Shown here: piece after piece, positions 47,477-56,428 of the stretch
How the letters are laid out: each line of letters opens with the position of its first letter
How positions within the stretch are numbered: the first letter of the stretch is position 1
Program-made: the position numbers and the translations under genes
From: an uncultured Eubacteriales bacterium
GTDB taxonomy: Bacteria; Bacillota; Clostridia; Christensenellales; Aristaeellaceae
NCBI GenBank assembly: GCA_900553315.1
Contig: USCW01000001.1
Coordinates: 19,949 to 83,948 of the forward strand
Direction: 5' to 3'
DNA: 64,000 nt
Notes under the pieces: generated by a model
The model's database searches: none
What the model saw: only the letters and a program-made list of their open reading frames with translations
What the model was told of the DNA's origin: nothing

Positions 47477-50400
47477 TTAGTAGTAAATTCGCAGGAATTT
47501 CCGCATGAAGTCCAGCCACCAAGTCGGCGTTAATACGCCGCTGGCGTAGGGATAGAAGCCAATGAAACAGACCAAAGCGAAAAGCAGATAGCAGACCGTC
47601 AGCACACGCCCTGCCTTTTCCGTGCGTCCGCTTGCCACCTTCGACAGCACAAGCGTCACGCCCAAGATCAGGAAGGGAACGCTGGCAAAGTAGTGGTAAA
47701 TATAAGTTCCACGCGGCACCAATACCCAAGGAAGCAACTGCGCCAGCAGACTGATCAGCACAAAGGCCAGCGTTTGAGAGCTGCTCCGGCTGTGAAGATG
47801 CAGCAGCTCATCTTGCCCCTCTATACGGTAGACATGCCGTGCGGCCCAGCCAATCGCGCAGAGAATCACACCGATCAAGCCGACAATCCAAACAGCCGGA
47901 TTGCCAAAGCAGAAGATCGCATAGCCGTAGTTCTCGGGAACATAGCGATCCGACGCATAGTACATGGGGCGCTTGATAAGCGGCCACTCGTACCACGGCG
48001 AATAGAACGGATGATCCATGCCCAGGCCTGGCGTGCTGTGGTAATTGTACATATCCTGCTGCACCTTCAGTACCTTTTCAATAAATTCACTGAAGGACAG
48101 CTTGCCATAGCACGCCATTTGCGGAATATAGCTCAGCAGATACACCACCACAGGCACGATCACAAAGAACAATACGCACCAAAGGCAGAGCCAAACCAAT
48201 CGCGTCAGCGTTTCTTTGCTGCGCTTCTCCAATGCTGCCCGCTGCTGCTTGCTTAAATGCGAACCGTCAGCCAGCAGCAGCTTCGCCTGATCGGCCAGCC
48301 GCAGATGCCGTGCGCAAGTCCAGAAATAAAGCACCGCCAACCCTGCCCCTGCGTACAAACAAATCCACTTGCTGGCAATACCCAACGCGATGAACAGACC
48401 GCTCAACGCCAAATCAGGCACCAGATGCTTCATCGGGCTCATGATACCCCGCTGCATGAATCGCAGCATGAACAAGCAGCTCAGCATGATGAACAGCACC
48501 GGGAAGCTGTCGATCGTTGCAATGCGCGTTTGCGTCAAATGCATACAATCCAACGCCATCAGGCTCATAGCAACGAAAGCCATATCGCACCGCTTCGTCA
48601 GCTGCTTAGCCAGCAGATACATTGCCGGGAGCATCAGGATACCCGCCATGCAGCCTGCAAAGCGCCAGCCGAAGGGCGTCATGCCAAAGATGGAGATGCA
48701 CCATGACATGAACACCTTCCCCAGCGGCGGATGAGTCCACTCGTAAATGGTCGTACCGTTTTTCAACTCAAAGCCGGTGCGGGCGTGATAGATTTCGTCA
48801 AAATAGGTGCCGTTATACCAGCTCGGTTCACCGTCAAGGGTGTCCTGTTCATCAATCAGGTGCGCCGCATCGCTGTATAGCGTGGACTCTGTATTGGCGT
48901 GATACTGCCCTGCAACTGTCACGGGTAATACCGACTGATCCGCAGTGCGGAAAAGAACTTCATTGAGGATCAGGCCGATCTGCTGTGCGGTGATGCGCAC
49001 ATAGCGTCCTGACAGCGGCTGCTGCGTGCCATAGGGATTATAGGTACGCTTTCCGTTTGCATCCGTTGTGTAGGTTGTCAGGTACATCCAGCGAAAGCAA
49101 TCTCCTTGTGCCATTTCGGCCCAGTATTTCTCGGACCACACCATGCCATCGTCGCTAACCTCTACGGTGAAGTCATTGTAGCTGACCTGTGCGAAATAGA
49201 GCATGTAGAAATCTTCATAGCGTTCGCCGAGGTCAAGCACAACCTGCTCCGTTGCGTCGCTGGATTTCCACGGCTGCTGAGGCGCTTTGGTGCTGCCCAG
49301 ATTACACAGTGCTAGTGCGCCGTAAGCCAGCGTTACCATTGCAATGAGCAGCGCATCCAACCGGTTGAAATGCAAGCTGGCGTCATAGCGCATGTTCAGC
49401 ACATTTCCCGGTACCTGCTTCAATACGGGTACCTTGATCGGAAGCGGACGCAGACTATCATCAGCCGACTGTCCTTCCACAATGACGCGCTGCCCAGTCC
49501 ACAGCGCCAGCAGCGCATTCAGTAGATTCGCGCTGGAAATCAGCAGATTCAGCCAACGCGTATCATTGTTCAAATGCCCCATGCTGGAACCCAACCGCAA
49601 GGAATTATCAAGCACAATGCCCGCATTGAGGAACATCGTTAGGCTTCCAATCATCAGTATGGCAAAAATACGGCGATCTCGGCGCTGAAGAAAAGCCAAT
49701 CCCAACAGCAGCAGCGCCGGGAACAGATACCGCTCGTGCATCTTCAGGCCAAAGCAGCACAGCAGCACAAACAAGATACCGCCCGCCAACGGCAAATGCT
49801 TCAAGTCGTTACCGCGCAGATACATGCCTAACGTCAGCAGAATGCACAGCGTCATGGCCGGTACGCCGATCAATGTATAAGAGGGCTGCACCAGCGTTAA
49901 GATGAAATAGTAGACGGCAAAGCATCCCGTGACCAAAGATTCCAGCCAGAACAGAGGCATGTTGCATTTGCGCTGACGGCAGAAGGTTACAGCCGCCCAG
50001 ATCGCGCACAGCACGCCAAACACCAGCGGAAGTGCCCAGCCTGCAGATTGGGACGTAGCGACCCAGTTGGCGCTGAACAGGTAATACAGATTCGCCATAT
50101 TGACCGTGGCGTAGGAATAAGACCCCAGCGTTTGGATGTACAGCTGAATCAGCCAGTCCCAGCTAAGACCGTTGCCGATTGAGAACGGCAGCACAATAAC
50201 CAGCGCCATTACTACGGAAAGCCCGAGGCCCTTGAGCATAAGCTTACGGTCTTCTATGTGCTTGATCCAGCAAAGCACCATGGCTAATAAGCCAAGGAAA
50301 CCCAGCATAAGTGCCTGAGGCTTTAACAAAATGCACAGCACATAAAGCGGCAGTACGACCTGCCATTTCCGCTGCATTGCATACAGCGCGACCAGCATCA

Positions 50401-51649
50401 GCCCCAAGCAGAGTATGCTGTCCATCTGGCACCATGCGGCGCTATTCAGGAAGAACGCAGGATTAAATGCCATTAGCGCAGCAACCAGCGCTGCGGGCTT
50501 ACGACCAATCAGCGTCCGTCCCACACAATACAGCAGCCATGCAGCGATCAAATCACAGCAAATAGGCACCAGTTTGATGACCAGAATAGAAATAGCATCG
50601 GTATAATTGCCGAGTCCCAGCCCACTAAACCAATGCAGGAAGCCTTCTGACGGCAAACCTGTCAGAAGTCGAATGATCCCCTGATCCAGCCACAGCACAT
50701 AGAGATAAGCCGGCGGATAATCGCAAAACTGGGAGGCGGTATAAAAGCCGCTCGGCCCATAGTTCGCCATAGTAGCCGACCATGCCCGGAAGCAGTTTAC
50801 ATCCACCTGATAGCCGCTGACCATGCAGCCGACTACCAAGCGAGATACCCCGGCAAGGATCAGCGCAATTACCAGAAACGCAGGTGCATGGTGCTCTTCG
50901 TTATCAGAGAGCTTCTCATTGCGGTGCATCAGCTTATCGCAAGCAAAAAGCGCCAACAAAGCGTACACAGCAGCGAACAGCAGCAACCGCGGCCATGCCG
51001 GATCCGCTTCTATATCCTCCTCTGTATCATCTGCGGATATGACGGGTGTATCCTCTCTGTACCAAAGCGACGCAACGGCATCGCCGGGAACCTCCTGCAC
51101 CTGCTTGAGCGAAACCTGATCGAACCAAGCTTTCCCGCGGCTTTCTCCGCTGTAACCGCCCAAGCGTGCGAAAACCGTTACACTCGTTTGTTCCGGGCCG
51201 GTTTCGCCGTAAAGCTCCACATATTGCCAGTCACCGTCGGTATCGTAAACGCTTTCGCTGAATACATACAGACCTTCGATAGACAGATTCGCGCCTAAGC
51301 CACTGTCCGGAATGTCGAGCGCACGAATATAGCCAGACAGGCAATAGAGCGATTCCGGTTCTACATCGACCGTCTGCGCAAAGCGTGCGTCATTATCGCC
51401 CATGTTGTTGATGCACGCGCTGTATTGTCCATCCTCCGCTATATCAGACGCAACTGAAAAGGACGTATAGCCCTCCTGATGATTATACTGATCTGTAAAC
51501 CATCCGTCCGGCATACCGTCTTCATCCAGTATTTCAAAGCTGCCGTTATAGATCAGCTCCCCTGCCTCGGTTCCCTCTGCAACAGAGGACAACGGAAGAA
51601 GCAGCAGCAAGCAGCATAAAAGAGCTGTCAGGAGCCTTCGATTGCGCAT
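47477..51649 (-). CDS. 1390-aa membrane glycosyltransferase fusion: signal peptide, CBM-like domain, Gpi18/PIG-V-like GT-C module, discoidin-like domain and GT39 (PMT-type) module
   Basis: Single ORF. GAGGTG 5 nt upstream of ATG 51649. Signal peptide MRNRRLLTALLCCLLLLLPLSSVAEG. NGSFE...W beta-sandwich-like region. More than 20 hydrophobic helices. Loop motifs FCDYPPAYLYVLW (first module) and YFDEIYHARTGFE...THPPLGK (second module). FTVEVSDDGMVW...RYVRITAQQIG..LNEV is discoidin-like. Confidence 0.8.
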   Translation of the reverse strand: MRNRRLLTALLCCLLLLLPLSSVAEGTEAGELIYNGSFEILDEDGMPDGWFTDQYNHQEGYTSFSVASDIAEDGQYSACINNMGDNDARFAQTVDVEPESLYCLSGYIRALDIPDSGLGANLSIEGLYVFSESVYDTDGDWQYVELYGETGPEQTSVTVFARLGGYSGESRGKAWFDQVSLKQVQEVPGDAVASLWYREDTPVISADDTEEDIEADPAWPRLLLFAAVYALLALFACDKLMHRNEKLSDNEEHHAPAFLVIALILAGVSRLVVGCMVSGYQVDVNCFRAWSATMANYGPSGFYTASQFCDYPPAYLYVLWLDQGIIRLLTGLPSEGFLHWFSGLGLGNYTDAISILVIKLVPICCDLIAAWLLYCVGRTLIGRKPAALVAALMAFNPAFFLNSAAWCQMDSILCLGLMLVALYAMQRKWQVVLPLYVLCILLKPQALMLGFLGLLAMVLCWIKHIEDRKLMLKGLGLSVVMALVIVLPFSIGNGLSWDWLIQLYIQTLGSYSYATVNMANLYYLFSANWVATSQSAGWALPLVFGVLCAIWAAVTFCRQRKCNMPLFWLESLVTGCFAVYYFILTLVQPSYTLIGVPAMTLCILLTLGMYLRGNDLKHLPLAGGILFVLLCCFGLKMHERYLFPALLLLGLAFLQRRDRRIFAILMIGSLTMFLNAGIVLDNSLRLGSSMGHLNNDTRWLNLLISSANLLNALLALWTGQRVIVEGQSADDSLRPLPIKVPVLKQVPGNVLNMRYDASLHFNRLDALLIAMVTLAYGALALCNLGSTKAPQQPWKSSDATEQVVLDLGERYEDFYMLYFAQVSYNDFTVEVSDDGMVWSEKYWAEMAQGDCFRWMYLTTYTTDANGKRTYNPYGTQQPLSGRYVRITAQQIGLILNEVLFRTADQSVLPVTVAGQYHANTESTLYSDAAHLIDEQDTLDGEPSWYNGTYFDEIYHARTGFELKNGTTIYEWTHPPLGKVFMSWCISIFGMTPFGWRFAGCMAGILMLPAMYLLAKQLTKRCDMAFVAMSLMALDCMHLTQTRIATIDSFPVLFIMLSCLFMLRFMQRGIMSPMKHLVPDLALSGLFIALGIASKWICLYAGAGLAVLYFWTCARHLRLADQAKLLLADGSHLSKQQRAALEKRSKETLTRLVWLCLWCVLFFVIVPVVVYLLSYIPQMACYGKLSFSEFIEKVLKVQQDMYNYHSTPGLGMDHPFYSPWYEWPLIKRPMYYASDRYVPENYGYAIFCFGNPAVWIVGLIGVILCAIGWAARHVYRIEGQDELLHLHSRSSSQTLAFVLISLLAQLLPWVLVPRGTYIYHYFASVPFLILGVTLVLSKVASGRTEKAGRVLTVCYLLFALVCFIGFYPYASGVLTPTWWLDFMRKFLRIYY

Positions 51650-51707
51650 CTTTACACCTCGCATTTATTCTGGGACGTCTATGCGCTGTACTATACAGTC
51701 ATTCGCA

Positions 51708-52070
51708 TTACCATGCGCTTGCCTCAAAGGCGCACGGTACATGATAGAGTCCCGATGTTGTGATCTCCACCACATCAAAACGAGCTGGACGCTCCGTCCA
51801 TTCCCTTTCCAGCAAAAAGGAAGCAGCAGCATGGATCATGCGGCGTTGCTTTGATGGCGTGACCCGGCATAGGCCGGAGCCCCTGCCTCCCTTTCCGCTG
51901 AGTTTGACCTCCACAAAAACAACGACGTTGCCATCCTCCATAACAAGATCAAGCTCGCCATCCGCTCCGCGATAGCGGCGAGCCAGCGTCCGCATTCCCA
52001 GCTTTTGCAAATAATTTTCCGCAGCGGCTTCTCCTTGCCGCCCCAGTTCATCAGCGGTCATCGTTACCAT
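51708..52070 (-). CDS. YraN family (UPF0102) endonuclease-like protein
   Basis: G..GE..A..YL...G......R.R...GE.DLV......VVFVEVK core. Confidence 0.85.
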   Translation of the reverse strand: MVTMTADELGRQGEAAAENYLQKLGMRTLARRYRGADGELDLVMEDGNVVVFVEVKLSGKGGRGSGLCRVTPSKQRRMIHAAASFLLEREWTERPARFDVVEITTSGLYHVPCAFEASAW

Positions 52071-52684
52071 TTCAGATTCTTCAAAAATGTCCGGCGGTGC
52101 TCTGGCAACGGGCCATACTTCCGCAGGGCCTCTATATGCTGAGGTGTTCCGTACCCCTTGTGCTTAGCAAAGCCATATTCCGGATGCAGCCTGTCCAGTT
52201 CGATCATCTGTCGATCCCGTGTCACCTTGGCCACAATGCTTGCCGCTGCAATCGCATAGGAGGTAGCATCGCCCTTGATAATGGAAATCTCTGTGCCGTT
52301 CAAGCCAAGCTTCGTAACCGCATCTATGAGAAACACATCCGCGGGCACCTGCGCCGCCGCCTTACGCATGGCCTTTCGGGTCGCCTCCAAGATATTGATC
52401 TCGTCGATTTCTGCCGGAGAAACCTGCCCGATCCCTACATAACGGGCAATAGAAAGAATCTCATCGTACACCTTCTCGCGGCGGCTTTCCGAAAGCTTCT
52501 TGCTGTCGTCCACCCACTCCAGCAGAGGCTCTGTGGGCATCACCACGCAAGCAACGACCACATTCCCCGCCAAAGGCCCGCGGCCGACTTCATCCATACC
52601 AGCCACCACGAAGCCCTGCTCAATGAACGGACGATCGGTCTCAAAAAGCTCTTCCGCACGCTCTTTTCGGTTAATCCTCGCCAT
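52064..52684 (-). CDS. rnhB: ribonuclease HII
   Basis: AGMDEVGRGPLAG and DSKKLS motifs. Start trimmed to ATG 52684, overlapping the rbgA 3' end. Confidence 0.9.
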   Translation of the reverse strand: MARINRKERAEELFETDRPFIEQGFVVAGMDEVGRGPLAGNVVVACVVMPTEPLLEWVDDSKKLSESRREKVYDEILSIARYVGIGQVSPAEIDEINILEATRKAMRKAAAQVPADVFLIDAVTKLGLNGTEISIIKGDATSYAIAAASIVAKVTRDRQMIELDRLHPEYGFAKHKGYGTPQHIEALRKYGPLPEHRRTFLKNLKW

Positions 52685-53582
52685 GAGGGGCCTCCTTTGC
52701 CTCGTCCGCCGCCCCTTTGAGTTTGATGCGCTGCGGGGCTTCTGTTGCAGGGCTTTCCAGCGTAAGTCGTCCCAGCTTGCCGCTGCGGAATTCATCCAAT
52801 ACGACCATACAGCCGCGATCAATGTCACAAACATTGCCCTTCATCAGAAAGCCGCGTCCTCGGCAAACACCCTCCAACAGATCAATGCCTCGCAAAGATG
52901 TGTCCTTCAGCTTGAAACGCTCCGTGACCTTATCCGGGCACACCTCCAGCATATCCTCCAACAAATGAATGGTCAGCATCCCGACATCCACCACATCATC
53001 CTTAATGGTGCCGATATAGCATAGCCGTTCCGCCGCACGCTTGTTATCCAGCCGGGGCCAAAGCAAGCCGGGGGTATCCATAATTTCCAGATAAGGCGTA
53101 ATTTTCACCCATTGGTTTGCGCGCGTTACACCCGGTCGATCTCCTACTTTGGCTATATTTCCGCCATGCAGTCGGTTAATAAACGTGCTTTTGCCAACAT
53201 TGGGTACGCCTACCACCATGGCGCAAACCGTTTTTTTCACGCCCTTTTCCGCGGCACGCTCCACCGCTTCACGGGCAGCCTCATCAATCAAATGCAGCGC
53301 TTCCTTGACCTTCCCGGCAATAGAAACATAAGCCATCGCCGTCAAGCCCTGCTGACGGAAATAGCGAAGCCACGCTTGCGTGGCATTGGGGTCGGCTAAA
53401 TCAGCTTTATTCAGCAACAGCACGCGCTGCTTGCCGCCAATCAACCGATCCAAGTCGGGATTACGGCTGGCATGAGGCAAACGTGCGTCGCAAATTTCAA
53501 TGACCAGATCCACACGACCGAGCTGCTGCGCAAGCTGTCGCTTCGCTTTGGCCATGTGTCCCGGATACCAGTTAATATCCAT
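52671..53582 (-). CDS. rbgA: ribosome biogenesis GTPase A (YlqF/RbgA)
   Basis: INWYPGHMAKA start. Circularly permuted GTPase motifs NKADL ... GVPNVGKST ... DTPG. Confidence 0.92.
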   Translation of the reverse strand: MDINWYPGHMAKAKRQLAQQLGRVDLVIEICDARLPHASRNPDLDRLIGGKQRVLLLNKADLADPNATQAWLRYFRQQGLTAMAYVSIAGKVKEALHLIDEAAREAVERAAEKGVKKTVCAMVVGVPNVGKSTFINRLHGGNIAKVGDRPGVTRANQWVKITPYLEIMDTPGLLWPRLDNKRAAERLCYIGTIKDDVVDVGMLTIHLLEDMLEVCPDKVTERFKLKDTSLRGIDLLEGVCRGRGFLMKGNVCDIDRGCMVVLDEFRSGKLGRLTLESPATEAPQRIKLKGAADEAKEAPHGED

Positions 53583-53730
53583 GATGCACCTTCCATTTTC
53601 TGGAATTTCAATGAGGTATCGAGTTTCTCTTAAAGTAATACCATTGTTTTCTGAAAAATGCAAGGGTTTTCTTCATTAGATTATGAAGCAATCGTAAATT
53701 TATACTTCGCGCTTTCACTCGCGGAGGGTC

Positions 53731-53759
53731 TGGTCAATTTGCAAAAAATGTCGTATAAT
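53731..53759 (+). promoter_or_regulatory. candidate sigma-A promoter for the small-protein/DUF4230 pair
   Basis: TGGTCA-17 nt-TATAAT, about 35 nt upstream of the start. Confidence 0.45.
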
Positions 53760-53791
53760 GTAGGGGACGTATCCTGAAAGGAGGTCCTGCT

Positions 53792-54004
53792 TTGATGGAA
53801 CCGAATCATCGTCCGGGACCGGCTCCCGCTCCGCAGGAGCCGCCGCATCACCGTCGCGCACAGCGCCCGCCTCTCCGTCGCCGCTCCAAGCTCGGTATGT
53901 TCTTCACAGCCTTTGGCATTCTTGCCTTTGGCGTGCTGCTTATGAAATATGCGCTGATTCCCCTGCTTGTATGGGTACAAGCGCTGGTAGGAGGCGCCGC
54001 ATGA
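53792..54004 (+). CDS. small membrane protein with Pro/Arg-rich N-terminus
   Basis: About 70 aa. AGGAGG 7 nt before TTG 53792 (ATG at 53795). PGPAPAPQEPPHHRRAQRPPLRRR followed by two hydrophobic helices. Stop overlaps the next ATG (ATGA). Confidence 0.55.
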   Translation: MMEPNHRPGPAPAPQEPPHHRRAQRPPLRRRSKLGMFFTAFGILAFGVLLMKYALIPLLVWVQALVGGAA

Positions 54005-54618
54005 AACGATTTGGGTGCTGGCTGGCCAAAGTAGTCGGCACAGCCGTTGTCATTGTCTTAGTGTTTGTTCTTGCACCTTACGCCTCCCGGCTGGCGCAGC
54101 AATGGCTGCCAGATTTGAGTGGTGCAGCCATCACGGAATCTGCAACGCTCGCACGCGAAATGCGTGCCTCTGCTCGGCTGGAAACCATGACGGTGGATGA
54201 GCAGGGCGTAATTACCTCTTCAACAAGCGCTTTTTTGATTGGCGTGGTGCAGTCCGTCGCAATCACCTATGATTACCACGCCAGCGTGGGGATTGATTTG
54301 AGCAAGGTGCAGGTTGCCGCCAGCGGCAATACGATCACCTTTCGCATTCCTGCGCCGGAGGTGATTTCCGACAGCATTACACCGGATTATTCGAAGTCGG
54401 TTATCAATGACACTTGGTATACGCTGACAGATGTACGCCGCCAGCAGCTGTTGGATGATGAGCAGAACGCACGTCGCACCGCCGTTACAGCGGATCAGAG
54501 CAGCAGCGATGCCGCTTGGGCAAATACTCTTAACGTATTTGAAAACTATATTACCAAATGGATTAGCCTAGGAAACAGTCGGCTGGAATACAAGTTTGAG
54601 CGGCTTACGGAAGAGTGA
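54001..54618 (+). CDS. DUF4230-like membrane-anchored protein
   Basis: N-terminal TM anchor, then a pattern resembling DUF4230 (..A.L.T.......S.......YDY.A..GIDL..V). Identification from memory of the family, not a search. Confidence 0.6.
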   Translation: MKRFGCWLAKVVGTAVVIVLVFVLAPYASRLAQQWLPDLSGAAITESATLAREMRASARLETMTVDEQGVITSSTSAFLIGVVQSVAITYDYHASVGIDLSKVQVAASGNTITFRIPAPEVISDSITPDYSKSVINDTWYTLTDVRRQQLLDDEQNARRTAVTADQSSSDAAWANTLNVFENYITKWISLGNSRLEYKFERLTEE

Positions 54619-54625
54619 CACATAG

Positions 54626-54676
54626 AAAAGGAGCGCACATGTGGGAATTGCATCCCACGTGTGCGCTCCTTTTTGC
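54626..54676. terminator. bidirectional intrinsic terminator
   Basis: AAAAGGAGCGCACATGTGGGA / TCCCACGTGTGCGCTCCTTTT long stem with flanking A and T tracts. Confidence 0.8.
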
Positions 54677-56428
54677 TTATACAGCCTGTTGTTCCTGCGC
54701 TTCAAACTGACTACGGTACAGCTTTGCATAGAAACCGCCCTTTGCCAGCAGTTCTTCGTGCGTGCCTGTTTCTACAACATGTCCCTGATTCATTACCAGA
54801 ATTCGGTCAGATTCCTTGATGGTAGATAGACGGTGCGCAACCACAAAGCTCGTGCGACCCTTCACCATCGCGGCGAAGGCCTTCTGCACACGCAGCTCCG
54901 TCATGGTGTCGATGTTACTGGTAGCCTCGTCCAGAATCAGCATGGGCGGATCCATCAGCATTACGCGTGCGATGCACAGCAGCTGCTTCTGTCCCTGCGA
55001 CAGATTGCCGCCGTTTTCCGTAATCACAGTATCGTAGCCTTCAGGGAGGCGACGAATGAAGCTGTCCGCATGTGCGGCCTTGGCAGCAGCGATAATCTCT
55101 TCCCGGGTTGCGCCGGGCTTGCCATAGCCGATATTCTCCGCAACCGTCGCCTGCGTCAGCCACGTCTCCTGAAGCACCATGCCGAAGCGTCCGCGCAGCT
55201 CATCCCGCGGCACGTTTCGAATGTCCACACCGCCCACGGTAATGCTGCCGTCCACCACATCATAGAACCGCATCAGGAGATTGATTAGCGTTGTTTTGCC
55301 GCAGCCGGTCGGGCCGACAATCGCAATACGCTGACCGGGCTGTACGTCCAGATTAAAATGCTCAATCAGCGGACGCTCAGGCAAATAATGAAAGCTTACA
55401 TCACGGAAAGCAATCGCCGTTTTCCCTTCAGGAAGATGCTTGGGATTTTGGGGCTCCTGCTCCATGGGTTCGTCAATCAGCGTAATCAACCGCCGTGCCG
55501 CAGCCATCGCCGTTTGCAGCTGTGCCATAATACCGGTCACTTCATTAAAGGGCTTCGTATACTGATTGGCATAGCTGAGGAAGCAGGACAGTTGACCGAT
55601 GGTCAGTCTCCCCTGCACCGCCGTCAATGCACCGGCTACGCCCACCGCTGCATATACCAGACCATTCACGAACCGGGTCAGCGGATTGGTGAACGCGGGG
55701 TAAATCTGCGCCTTATAGCCCCATGTGTACAGTCGCTGATTAATCTCATCCAGCTTTGCTTCGCTGGCTTGCTCGTGACCGAAAAGCTTAACCACTTTCT
55801 GCCCGCCCAGCATTTCCTCCACATGCCCGCCCAGCTCGCCCTGAATTTGGCTCTGTTTCATAAAGGTTTTATGCGTGCCGCGAGCAATCAATGTGGCGAT
55901 AATCAAGCTGACAGGGGTCAGCGCTACAACGACTAGTGCGATCCATGGGTTAATGGACACCATAAAGCCCAGCGTGCCCAGAATGGTGATTACACCCGTG
56001 AAGAGCTGCGTGAATCCCTGGAGCAGACCGTCGCTGACGGAGTCCACATCATTCACAATACGGTTGATGATGTTGCCGTGTGCGTTTTGGTCGATGAACT
56101 TCAGCGGCACATGCTGAATACGGGAAAATACTTGCGTGCGCAGATCCTTTACGGTGCGGTAGCACACCTTATTGGTAAACAGCGTCATCAGCCATTGAAA
56201 GAAGCCGCCCGCCAGCAGGACAACAGCCAACTCCAACGCAACACGCCCGATCTGCGCAAAGTCTACGTTACCGGGCCCGATAATGCCGTCAACAGCCTGG
56301 CCAATCAAGACAGGGCTAAGCAGCGACATCACTACGTACACGATCGCACAAAGCAGCGCACCGACCAGCAGCATACGATAGGGCTTTACATACGCCATCA
56401 GGCGCTTCATTACATCCTTGGTATTCAT
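54677..56428 (-). CDS. ABC exporter permease/ATPase, canonical-site subunit of a heterodimer
   Basis: Six-TM domain plus NBD. Walker A GPTGCGKTT, signature LSQGQKQ, Walker B LILDEATS with catalytic Glu. ATG overlaps the upstream stop. Confidence 0.88.
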   Translation of the reverse strand: MNTKDVMKRLMAYVKPYRMLLVGALLCAIVYVVMSLLSPVLIGQAVDGIIGPGNVDFAQIGRVALELAVVLLAGGFFQWLMTLFTNKVCYRTVKDLRTQVFSRIQHVPLKFIDQNAHGNIINRIVNDVDSVSDGLLQGFTQLFTGVITILGTLGFMVSINPWIALVVVALTPVSLIIATLIARGTHKTFMKQSQIQGELGGHVEEMLGGQKVVKLFGHEQASEAKLDEINQRLYTWGYKAQIYPAFTNPLTRFVNGLVYAAVGVAGALTAVQGRLTIGQLSCFLSYANQYTKPFNEVTGIMAQLQTAMAAARRLITLIDEPMEQEPQNPKHLPEGKTAIAFRDVSFHYLPERPLIEHFNLDVQPGQRIAIVGPTGCGKTTLINLLMRFYDVVDGSITVGGVDIRNVPRDELRGRFGMVLQETWLTQATVAENIGYGKPGATREEIIAAAKAAHADSFIRRLPEGYDTVITENGGNLSQGQKQLLCIARVMLMDPPMLILDEATSNIDTMTELRVQKAFAAMVKGRTSFVVAHRLSTIKESDRILVMNQGHVVETGTHEELLAKGGFYAKLYRSQFEAQEQQAV

